Assembly: GCF_018977255.1 (NCBI RefSeq)
Contig: NW_024704743.1
Location: 28,770,001 to 28,834,000, forward strand
Source of the DNA: Callorhinchus milii
Taxonomy: Eukaryota
Reading direction: 5' to 3'
Length of the DNA: 64,000 nt
Shown here: positions 37,301 to 49,300 of the stretch, piece after piece
Layout: every line of letters starts with the position of its first letter
How positions within the stretch are numbered: the first letter of the stretch is position 1
Made by a program: the position numbers and the translations under genes
Notes under the pieces: generated by a model
The model's database searches: none
What the model saw: only the letters and a program-made list of their open reading frames with translations
Told to the model about the DNA's origin: nothing

Positions 37301-40300
37301 CTGGAGTTCAGCCTCAGCAGAAATTGCACTGTTCATCACTGCGGTAACTTTACATGCCCGTTAAACTATAATTACTGTACTTTATATCAGCTCTTTGGGA
37401 CATCCTCCCAACGTGAAAGGTGCTCTATAAATGTAATTTTGTTGTTGTTGTTCTATGCACTGATCCATTGATGTAAAATATCTTGCAATCACTGCCATTC
37501 TGGACTCAAAATAGCCCTGGGAATTTAGGCCTTTAGTCCCACTGTGGTAAATGAGATTTTCAAGGCCATGCTGAAAATTGCTAACACACCTCCTGGGATC
37601 TGCACTTCCACAAACAGCCCTAGTTGTGATTCGGCATCTCACGGGCACGAGCGGAGACGGAGAGAGAAAAATAATGTAGTTGCATGGGCATAGTTAACAG
37701 AGGTTTAATTCAAATTTCTACTTCCCATGCACAGTATAAAATGAGCAGCATTAATTTGTTGGATAATCAGAGCGATAAATATAAGCTTTCTGCCTGCATG
37801 CACACCCACCATGACCTGTACCATGTACAGCAGCAGAGTGAAGTGCAACATTTGATGATGAGTTTATCTTTAGAATGATCTGTTCTGATTGTTCAGAAAT
37901 TCCACTGCTTTCTGCTGACATGTGCTTATCATCAGGAACGTTGAAGTATTTGATATCATTAGCTTTTAATATTTTTTTAAAAAGGCAGAAACAAAAATGT
38001 AAAAATGTAGTGTGCATAACCTGTGTACAGGAGTGCAGGAGATTTTCCTCACATGTAAGTTGTAGGTACAACTTTCATTTCATTTTTAAAACGAAACAAT
38101 ATGGGAAACAAAAAGGCATGTGGATTGTAAGGACACAAAAAGAATCATGACATATTGTGAAACAGGTGAGTAGGGATTACTTAACACAAGTCTAATTTAT
38201 TGGTTAATTTATTCATGGGGCAGATCAAGAGTGCTGTAAAAAGATTTTAGGCTGCAAGTCAAGTGTTGACTTATTCAAATCTCTTTTCAAATCTGGAATT
38301 GAACTGGTTCAAGTTCAAAACAAAAAGGTACAGTTCTTTGATGAAACAATTGCTTTGGAAATTTGCTGAATTATTCTAAGGTCAAGGCTCACAGATGTAC
38401 ACTGTGTAGACTAATCTATGTTTCTGCCAATCAAATCTCCAGGTTGAGAGATGTACAGTAAACATTCAGAGCAAACCACAATCAACCTGCACACCGAAGG
38501 AGCTAGGTCTCAAAACCAAATATCCGAGCAGGATCCGAACATATTGCATATCAATTTGATTGTTAGATAAGTAAGTTTATTTCTGACCTTTCATTTTACC
38601 CAAATTAATGAATTGTAGCATCCCATTTTTGGATTAATGAGTCGTGATTGGACAGTGTGTCTTAATCCAGAAATATTATGACGCTTTGTGAGCTCTATTA
38701 TGACGTTGAAAAGGATACATTTATATATAGCTATGAAAAGAAAATGTTCTGGCAATTTGAAATTGAAGGATGATAAGCGAGTAACTAGGAGGCAAAGTAT
38801 GTGGATGAACCCAAATCTTAAGTGTATACATGCTGTGGGCATATTAAATAAGTGCTGGCCTCCATTCCATTTACCTAAGGCACGGCTTATCGCTGCTGAT
38901 TAAAATGAATTGCTGGCAATTATATATGTCGATGGTGAAAAATGATGAGCTATTTTCCTTTCCTCGTTTTACAAAACACACGACTGAAGTAAAGTGAAGA
39001 CTCCCATCTGCTTAAACTAAAACAAATTCTTCTCGTCAGGGTCGTCTACAAATAGAAAAACTAGGCAAAGATCCACTGGTGTGTTAATGAGGAACTCAAC
39101 CTTATAACCTTTCACTGTTGCCAACTACTGAATGTACAAAGAATGCTTTCTTGGAAAGAACTTTTTTTAAAGGAATAGTGATGGTTACAAGCATGTACTG
39201 CTATATCTATTAGTCAAGCTAGATGTCACGTAACAAGAGATGAAACCTTGGTACTCATTTCAATACTTTAGGGGCAGCATATAAATGTTTTGCTGCAGGT
39301 TTTGACCAACATGAAGAAACAGAAACCATTAAAAAGTATTTGAATTAAGAAAGAAAATGTCTATAACTTTCTTTTAAAAATAAATCTTAGTTATGCTCGG
39401 AAACAAAGAATGCAAATTGATGCATCTGTGAGCTGTTATTATAATTTTTGTTAAAAATAGTCAAACAACTTGCAAATCTCAAAATATGCCTCTCTGATTG
39501 ATGTTTCAATCACCTTCCCACTCCCCTCCCCCACCCGCCCCCCACTGTGAAGTCACTTTGGGGCAAACCTTCAGAGGTGAATGGTGCTATATAAATTTAA
39601 ATTGTATTGCATTATTTCGTTGGCCTTTCAATAAGTTACTTATTTTTACATATTACATTTTATTTAAGCAATATCAATTTGTAAAGAAAACAAAAACCAC
39701 TGGTAATGGTCACATAACAGGGAAATTAATTTCAGACCATAGCAGCCCACATTCCCCCTCCCCCTTTTCTGTGACCATTACCACATCATCTTGGTCCCAG
39801 ACACACTTTTTCTCTCTCTGGTCTACCTATTTTGTTGCAATCTTTGTTCTGAATCATTAACACTTCTTTAACCCATCATCCCCTGTCCTCTACTCCATTT
39901 GCCTTCCTTGCCCTGCCTCGCCCCTCTCTGTTAGCCCTTAAAAGCCTCTCCCTCCCAATATGCCTCAGTTCTGATGAAGGGTCGTGGACCCAAAATGTTG
40001 ACTCACTTTCCTTTCTCCACAGATGCTGCCTGACTTACTGAGTATTCCCAGCGACTTCTGTTTTTGTTCTCTTATAAAGCTGTTCTTTTTTTAAAAAAAA
40101 CTCCCTATCTACTTCTCAGCACCCCTCATCATTTTGAGCACCTCTATTAAATCCCCCTCTAACCTTCTCTGCTCTAAGGAGAGCAATCCCAGCCTCTCTA
40201 GTCTCTCCACATAAATGAAATCCCTTATCCCTGGTATTTACTTGAAAGTGTCCAGAAGAAATATCACGGCAAACAGATTTTTTTATGGTGTGACTGGTAA

Positions 40301-43300
40301 CAATAGAAGGAAACAAACAATAACTGAAAGATGCCTGACCTCCGTCCCCTTAAACTGTTCAGGAAGGGACACGCATATACGTGCAGCCAAATTTAAAAAA
40401 GATCTTAAAATTGCTGCTGTGATTCTCCCCAGCGGGACAGGTGAACTACAAATGGTTGAACAGAGTTTAGAAAGCTCAGAAATTGTACCAAATAAACTGA
40501 TCAAATCATTTGGGTGGTGTGGCGGTGGGGGGGGGGGGGGGGGGTGTCTCACGAACATCAACACGTTCACAACAAAAGCAACATTCATTTGAAGAGATCA
40601 CCAGCACAATGAATTGCTTTGAAGCCTCCAGAACAGGACAACAAAAATAACCATAAAGTTAGCTGTCTTGTTTTTCTCGTCAACGTACATCAAAACGAGA
40701 GACAGGGATTTTTTTTAATATACATTTAGTAAAACTGTGCAGCACAGTCACAGAGTTATGATAACACAGGGAAAATAAAACCTGTGATAAGAAGTTTAGT
40801 GTTCATTACAACATTAACATGTGAAATTTTCACATTCATTTCCTCCCCTCATATGAAAATACATATAACACCATGAACTCGCCTGTAATAAGAATAACAT
40901 TTTTTTTAAATACAGCATCTAATCAAAGTCACCAACGCAATAAAGATATTCATTACAACTGTTACAATGTACTATTTGAGAAAACAAAGGCAGAATATTT
41001 TATTTAGGTTCTCATGAAAGATTCATGACTCCCCCAGTTTTAAATAAGATTCTGTAAAAATTATAAGTAAATATTTTAATTGTAAATTCAAGTGCGAATG
41101 GTGCTGTATTGAGACTGACATCCTTCAAATATCAAATGGGATAGCAAGAGGAGATGCACATTTCATCAAAACCAGTGTGTCTCAATGATCTGAATGTCAA
41201 CCTGAACCTCAAGGCTGGAAAGCGCTGAACAGCTGAAAACGTTAAGGTGTTTTACTAACCTCTGACGATATCAAAATGGTTTTGAATATCTGCTAAAAAT
41301 ACAAGCATAAATAGTATTGATGCTATAATCTGTGAAGTTAAGATAATTGCTCCTTTGAAGATTCAGAGAATAACTGATCCGTTCAGCCTTGATAAAGAGA
41401 TCTTCAGCTGGGCTGAAGCCAAGGTGATAGGAACCCTAGGTTAGCAAGGGCAACATCAGTTTGTATTCCTGATCGCTTCCCAGAAACCCATGGAGGCATA
41501 TGTTTGCACTTCAGGTGATGGCACGATGTTAGGGTCAGCTTGAATGATGCCTCACCACTTTTCTCCCCCCCACCCAAGAAAGAGGAGTCTCCTGTCACCC
41601 ACTATCAGGGCTGAAATCCATCAAAATGTGACTAATGGCCACATGGATAAAGTACCAGAGAGTAATCAATGTCCAATTAAAGGAAAAAAAAGTCAAAAAA
41701 GCAGAGAAAACTGGCAGAGAAAAAAAGATCAGAACTGTGCCAAGGAATTAATAACCACCAGCCCAGAGTGCTGCCTGGGGACAATTAAACACGTTGGCAT
41801 TTCTACCAGTCTTTTAATTATAATTTGATACAAATCCAACAGCCAACAAAACACACCGTCAAGAGTCAACACATAAATCATCATAGAGGCAATTCTTTAC
41901 GGCTATGAATCTGCTGCTGCTACTGAAGTCCCCCAGAAACCAGCCCCCCAGACACCAGTCCCCACTACCAGACAGCAGCCTCCAGTCACCAGCCCCCAAC
42001 CCCCAGATCCACCACCAGCCCCCATGACCAGGCCCCCATGACTGGGCCCCCACTACCAGCCTCCCTCCCTCAGACACCAGCCCCCAGACACCAGCCCCCC
42101 AACCCAACACCAGCCCCCACACCAGCCCTCAGTCGCCCAGACACCAGCCCCCACCACCCCAAAACTAGCCCCCCAGCACTAGCCCCCCATGATCAGACCC
42201 CCGCGACCAGCCCCAGCCCCGCCAACACCAGTGAGATTCTGTCTCAATCTGGGGCTATATATCACAGAAAGCAGTTAGCTGCATGTTGGTAGCATTATTG
42301 AACACGCTGTGTGTGCGCTGGCACTCAAAACCTGCACAGTATCCCCGTTGTCCTTAACCACAAATCCTAACCAGCAATGCTGGAATTTGCGGTTATCAGT
42401 TTAGCTTTTCCTCCAACATGCAGAGCCTTTTTTAACTTTAGTAGAAATAGGAAAGCGATGGGAGAGCAAAACTTAATTCACATGTACTTTACTCACCCTC
42501 AGTCATCCCTTGTCCCCACGCAACTGCCCCCCCCCCACCCCCCGACTCCATGAAAAACAATTTGAGCAAGCCAGTTGGCCTACGTTGTGTGAACTCAAAT
42601 GCATTTTGTGGCCTCTGAAATCTGTGTTATGGACATGTACCAAGTCAGAAACAACCCAACATTGTCATTGATGACGGACTTCAGAATCCCACCCCTCCCC
42701 CCGCAAATTTAGCTGAACCTTAAGTATATGTGCGCAACAATATAAATACAATTCAGATTAAGGAATAATTTGATGAGCACAGTCAAGGCAGACTCCCATA
42801 GCTGCATTATGCTGTCCAAAGTTCATATTTTTCATCTCCAAGTAAACAAAACGACCAAAAACAGGGTTAAAAAACGAGGAAACAGATTTAAAGCAACAAT
42901 GAACTGAGCCAGAACGATTAATAATGTACTTTGTGCATGAACAATATAAAACAAGTTAACATTCTTCATTGTTTAAATGTGCCATCTATCACACACTGCT
43001 TTAGGATTGTTGTGATTTTATACAGTTTTCCCTTTTCCCTTCTCCTCTCCTTCCCCCACTCATCAAGCCAAACTTGTTCTGCAAAGCAGTAATCGGTCAA
43101 ATAATGCCTCACAGATTGTGGGCATTGATCCCAAATCATTGCTTCACATTGAACATACACAAATTCTACAGTGTTTCTTTGATTTCAAGATTCAATACAA
43201 GACCAGGAAGTACTCTGACACCAGCTGTAAGGAAACTCCAAGCTTATTGGAGCCAGGACAGAGCAAACTTTGAATTTCAAATGAGAAGTTCCTTGACACC

Positions 43301-46300
43301 ACATTAGTTTGAATGTTATGAAAGACTCCTGGCTCTTCAATAATATTACAAATTAACCAGCATTTGCCCTGAGTTGAGTGTGAGAGCAGTATAATTATGA
43401 CTGTGATGGGTCAGACCCTGTACTGTAAGCACCTCATAAAAGGTGAGATAATTCGAAATATATCTTCTTATCTTCGAGATGTTTCAAAGCGTTCATAGAA
43501 TATACTGTAAAGTGAATTGACTGTATATTTTGTGGGCAAAATGCGGCAATTGCACACAGCAGTGTCCCACAAACAGTAATGGATTCAGTGACCAGTTAAT
43601 TAGTTTAAATAAAAAAATTTTTTGAAAGGATTATTAGCCCAAGAAAAGTGATCTGACAACATTCCTACTTACTGCTAGGTAAGCAATCGTGTGGAATAAG
43701 GAAACTGGGAATCGAACCCAGGCTATCTCAAAACGCTTCACAGGGTTATTACTGTAAAGTGTATTAACTGTGTATTTGTGGGCGAACGTGGTTGCCAACT
43801 TGCAGACAGCAATGACCCACAAACAGCCGCGAAGTGAATGACCAATTTTATCTGGACAAATGTGGGCCGGGATTGTTGGGCATGAATCTATTTTCACTTT
43901 AAAGAAAACAATGAGCCTAAGCCAATTTATATTACAACATTTAAAACAGCTTTTGCAAAGGTGTTAGGCACCATAAGATGTTTCTTTGGTACACGGAGAG
44001 TTAAAAGAACAGCATTGTGACATGCCAAAGTAATGTCTAGCCACAGCACAGCAGCAACTCAGAGAGACATAGGTAGTTAGTGATTTAGGTTTGATGTCCC
44101 CCAGGACAATGAGTAAACACACCATCTCAGCTGTGCTGCTGAGCCCACGCGACTCCCAAACTGGAGAAGTAAAAACTGAATCGAGAGCTGTTGCCAGTGG
44201 TCAGTGAAATCAGAGTGATATTGGCAGAGGGATACTGGGATGCCCATCCTGACCTGTCAGCTGTGTGGCCCATGGAGACCATGGGGACAGACATGATGAA
44301 AAATAAACAATGAAGCAAATTGTTTCTGGAAGTTAAGTGCAGGCCAATGTATCGTCACATTTTTGACAGGTTTCCAGACAGTATGTTGCTGGCTTAGCTA
44401 GTGCAGCTTTCAGTCTCCATTTCAGGAAATGCTGGAGCTTGCTCTCACTCTCACGAATGTTGCATAAGACTTCAGAGGCCTAAAATGCTACCTAGTCTAA
44501 ACCCTGTAAGACCATTTTGTCTAAAAAGTTGGGGCAGAATTATGAACAGTTCTTAACTGCTGGCTTCATTTGGAAGTCTGAATTTCAGAACAGGAGGGAC
44601 GGAACAGGATCAAACAGGATTTTACCAAAGAAAATAATAATAATTTGGTCACTGAATCCACGACTGTTTGTGGGACACTGCTGTGCACAATTGGCTGAAA
44701 CATTTTATCCACAAAAATACAATCGATTCACTTTACAGTACATTCTGTGAAGCACTTTGAGATGTGATAAGGCGCTATATCAAATGCAAGGATTATTATT
44801 ATTATTATCTACAGTAAGAACAAAGGGCATTCTCCACAAGATTTATTCAGTAACAGTATTTAGGCTTCATTTGGAAATCTGAATTTTAGGAATTTTCTAG
44901 AACTCGTCCGAGCCCAAACTTTTATAGAGAAAATGGTCTTTAAATGATAAGACTAGGTGGAATTTTGGTTCTCAGGATAGTGGAAGAGGTGTCCTCGTGA
45001 GAGTTTTGTAAAACTCCAAAGAAATGACAATTCCACAATATTTTTGATGGGGAGGGGGTGGGAAGAGAGGGGGTAAAGAAAACAGGATGGAAGAGGATCC
45101 AGTCAGAACAACGGACATTCTCCACAAGATTTATTTAGTAACTGTATTCTGCAGGATGCATGTGTTTTAACTCACTGAAACAATTTGTTCCCACTGAGCC
45201 ATAGAAAGTACAAACCCACTTGCCTTTTTGCCCTTTGACATAATTCTCTCTGCAGTTCTGCATCAGTTGCAAGATCCACTTGTGTTGAGCCAGAATACAC
45301 TGCCAAGCAGGATCACCTGGTGCATGGAGATCAGACAGATACCTGCAAACCACAGTCAATATGAGGATTAGGATTAACATCACAGTTGGTAGGAAGATAT
45401 TGAACAAAAGATGAAGTCCCAGAATACATTACATTTTCTATCAGATTCATTGTTTAAATGCTGTGTTCCTTCTGTTTAAGATTCAGTAAGATTCCATTGC
45501 TCTGAACCACAATGAGACCTATATGAAACTCATTTATTCCCAATATCGTAAGATCAATATGGATGAAGAAGGCCCTTCGGCCCATTTTATCTCATCCTTC
45601 CAGAATGCCCATTTTACTGTATACGCATCAGCATCAAGCTGTTTTTAAATGGAACACATGTCCTTGTCTCTATCTACCTGGCAATAATTCCCTCATGTTT
45701 GGATGCAGCTCAAAACAACAATAACAACAACTTTACATTTCTATAGTACCTTTCAGGTCACGAGGAAAAGAGAAAGGAAGCTTACGGGACATACCTGCAG
45801 TGGAAACAGTACTCAACAACAGCAGCATTTATATAGTGCCCTTTACACAGGAAAGTGTCTCGGAGCACGATCATGCTCCCGCATCAGTATACTTTTTTTT
45901 AGAAAGAGTATGTTTCTGTTACAAGTTACCTCTTATTCAAGGCCAGGTTCCTCCCCTTGCCCCATCCTCAAACACCCAACAGTAGGTCGCAATCAGATAT
46001 GGAGGTGCTTTTTTGGGGGGTCAGCTGGATATCTGACACATATGGAAAGCCATCATCATGCTTAAGAGTATCCAAACCAGACATGAGTTCAATGTATACT
46101 ACACAAGATAATTTCCCCATGAAATATGAAATGAAATACACACTCTGTCCATGGAAGGACACATGGTTTACCTAATTTCAGAGAGTATTATGCATAAGTT
46201 GGCAATAGGACTCCATAGTGTGTGTTGGGGTAATGCTGGAGTTTAACCAGTTAAAACTACATAGTGTGCATTTGAAAGCACTGTTGCAAGCTTTCTGCCC

Positions 46301-49300
46301 CTTGACCAGCTTGGATTGTCCTGCCCATTAGGGCTTTGGCTTACTGGATTAATTTTGCAACCAGTTCAGCTCTAATCGTGTAAGTTATGAAGGCAGTATA
46401 TGGGTCCCAAAGTGATTCGTAGGAGTAGGAACAGGAGGAACATTTGGCCCATGCAGCCTGATGTGTCAATTTATTAGAAAGTGAAAGATCCTTTAATATC
46501 GTTTCCCCACCTATGCTCCATATCTCCAAAGCTCTTACTTCCCAGGTATCTATCTATATAGGAGTCCTGTAGCTCAGTGGTTAAAGCACTCGCTTTGCAA
46601 GCGAGAGACCTGAGTTCAATTCCAGGCAGGGCGAAACCTTGGGCAAGTTTCCTTACTCCACACGCCTAATACTAATCCCTCCAAAAAAACCAAAAACAAT
46701 AATAAATTGGTCATTTTCAATCTACGACTGTTTGTGGGACATTGCTGTGCGCAATTGGCTGCCGCGTTCGCCCACAAATATACAGTCAATTCACTTTACA
46801 GTGTGTTCTGTGAAGTGCTTTGGGACGTCCTCCCTACGTGAAAAGCGCTATATCAAATGCAAGGATTATTATTATTATTATTATATAAAAATGACAAGTT
46901 CTCAACGAATTTGGCATACGACCTCATAAGGCAGCACCGAAGAAAATTTATGTCCAATTACAGCAGAACCTCTGGTCAGAAACCAGTTTTTATCTGGGTT
47001 GGGCACATTTTATCGAAACCAGAGGAAGAAGCAATAAACAACCTAGGCCACGGAAAACAATGCCAAGGAATCCCATCTGTTTCTCAGCTAAATGGTTCCA
47101 TTGTCTATTGACACATTACTCCAATTCCCAATGTCATAAAGCTTGTTGTCGTACCTTTCACGTCTTTAGAAAAAAGAACCTCACACCACCTAGTCAAAAC
47201 ACTAGCAACTTTTAAAACAACAAAAAATTACATTTGTATAGCACTTTTCATGTCAGGAGGGCATCCCAAGGTACTTGACAGTAAGCGATTTAGACCCGAG
47301 CTGGGGGTTGGTATCAGGAGTAGTGGAGGCCAGGGAATGTAGAGGTAGGAGGGTGGCCGAAGGCACAGTTGAAGAGGAGGGTCTTGAGACGGTCCTTGAA
47401 GGAGCAAGGGAGGGAGAGAGGTGAAAGGACTGTGGGATGGAGTTCCAAAGGATGGGAGCGGAAAGGCTGAAGGCCCAACCATCGATGGTGGGGCAGCATG
47501 GGTGGGGGACATGGAGCAGGCCAGAGCCCACTTGAGAGGAGGAAGTGAACAGGTCTATATGGAGGTAGCAGGTCACAGAGGTAGGGAGGAGCAAGGCCAT
47601 GAAGGGCTTTGAAGGTAAGACGAGAATTGTAAAAGCACCAAAGTTACCTTATTTTGGGTGAAGCATTTGATGCAGACTGGTATGCTAATACTATACAGAA
47701 ATAGAACAATGTGCCTAGTCACAGTAGGGTAACACTAATTCAATGTTTTACATACGTAATCCAATGAATCAACAGCCAAGGGTGCATTGTAAATTGCTCA
47801 TACTTTACCAACATTTGTGCAGTAAACTTCGTAAAGTAAACTTTAAACTTCAACTGAGATTGATTGTGTTTTTGGAAGCTTTGAAATGTATTGGCCCTTT
47901 CATGTTTGCGTAATACCAGATCTGGATATCTGACACTTCTGATATACTGTGTACAGTTTCACTTCTCAAAGGTGCTCATTTTGTCTGGCAACAGCCAAAG
48001 GTAATTACCACAAAAGCAAAGGGAGAGCTTAGGGAATTTATTTATTTATTTTGCAAAGTGGGTTATTAGGACATAAAATGCCTTACCTGGATTAGCTTTT
48101 AGAAGAGATTTAGATAAATATATGAAAAGAAGAAATATAAGTGGGTATTAGAAAAAGGTAGCATAATTGGACTAAACACTCTGAGACTCTGCCCTGCATG
48201 AGGGATGCTATATAAATGCAAGTTATTGTTGTAAACAGATAGGTCTTTCAGAGAGCTGCACAGCTATGACGAGCCGCATGGCTTTCTTCAGGACTGTCTA
48301 TGTCTGTGGTGTTAAGTTTTCAAAGGGATCTAACTCAATATTGAATTTATTGTTTTCTAGTCAAGACACTAACATGATGGTTCAAATGGTTTATTTACTG
48401 TATCGTAGACAATGAATCATTTTTTTTCATAGTGGGAGTTCAAGAAAAACCTTTCAATTTTGTGAAGTGCAAGTTTAAATACCCTTGCACAACAGATTTC
48501 ATGAAAGGCGTTGTATCCTGTTATAATTTGTCCAGTTAAATGCTCCAATATTGTTAGTTTCAAAGCTTTTTAATTACCTTATATATCTCTTCTGGTCATG
48601 CAGAGTTGATGGTGTCTCAAGCAATTTGTCCATCAGCAGTTTCCTCAATGCATCAATCCGTGTTTCTACTTCAGAATAAACTAACAGGGAAAGAAAATGG
48701 TTTGATAAAGTAGGCATTCGTAATTATCAATACAAAGAGTTACATGGCAACTCCATTTTAGCAAGGACATCATAGGTTCAATAACTCAAAAGCCTCATTC
48801 AAAGGAGTGTTAAAAAATGGCTGACTTCCAGGTATTAATGCACTTTCTAATATCTTTCTTGCTGAATAGAGACTTTTAAAAAAGTATACTAATTCTTGCA
48901 TTTGACAAACTACTATACCTACTACAGTAGAACTTCACTAATCCGGTCACTCAAGTGATTAAGCAAAAGTGACTTACTTAGTGAGATGACCTGATTACTG
49001 GAACAGGTCGGGTGATTCAAGTCACTGATGTAATGTTAGCAATGGGCAAGGGTGATGAACATTCAACAACCATACTTTGCAATTTTGCTGCGGGCGGCAG
49101 GCGAAGACGATTTTCCGCTCGCACTGCTTCCTCGATCCCAACATTCACAGCGCCGCGTGACCGGAGACCACTCCACCCACAATAGCAGCGTCGAGGAAAC
49201 AGCGCGAGAAGCCCGAGGCCTAGCACACTGTGTACAGGTTTGTAGCGGAGGGCGGTGTTTGTATTGCATTTGTACCGGAGGAGGGCACTGTAGTGGCCAC

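Noticed and set aside
41931..42230. CRISPR-like array, Chi sites or Ig switch region
   Set aside because: There is no fixed repeat-spacer structure and the context is a eukaryotic housekeeping-gene intron. It is a simple degenerate minisatellite.
46561..46632. tRNA-Ala-like gene (also at 63672-63743, 36285-36358 and 22826-22899)
   Set aside because: The acceptor stem does not pair and the sequence runs on into a longer body, which is multi-copy for the first three. These are SINE heads, not tRNA genes.
46639..46929. Recurrent [14 protein letters not shown]... (also 36738 and 63421), suggesting a small gene family
   Set aside because: It is a chance translation of the SINE body from a TTG start, and frames differ between copies.
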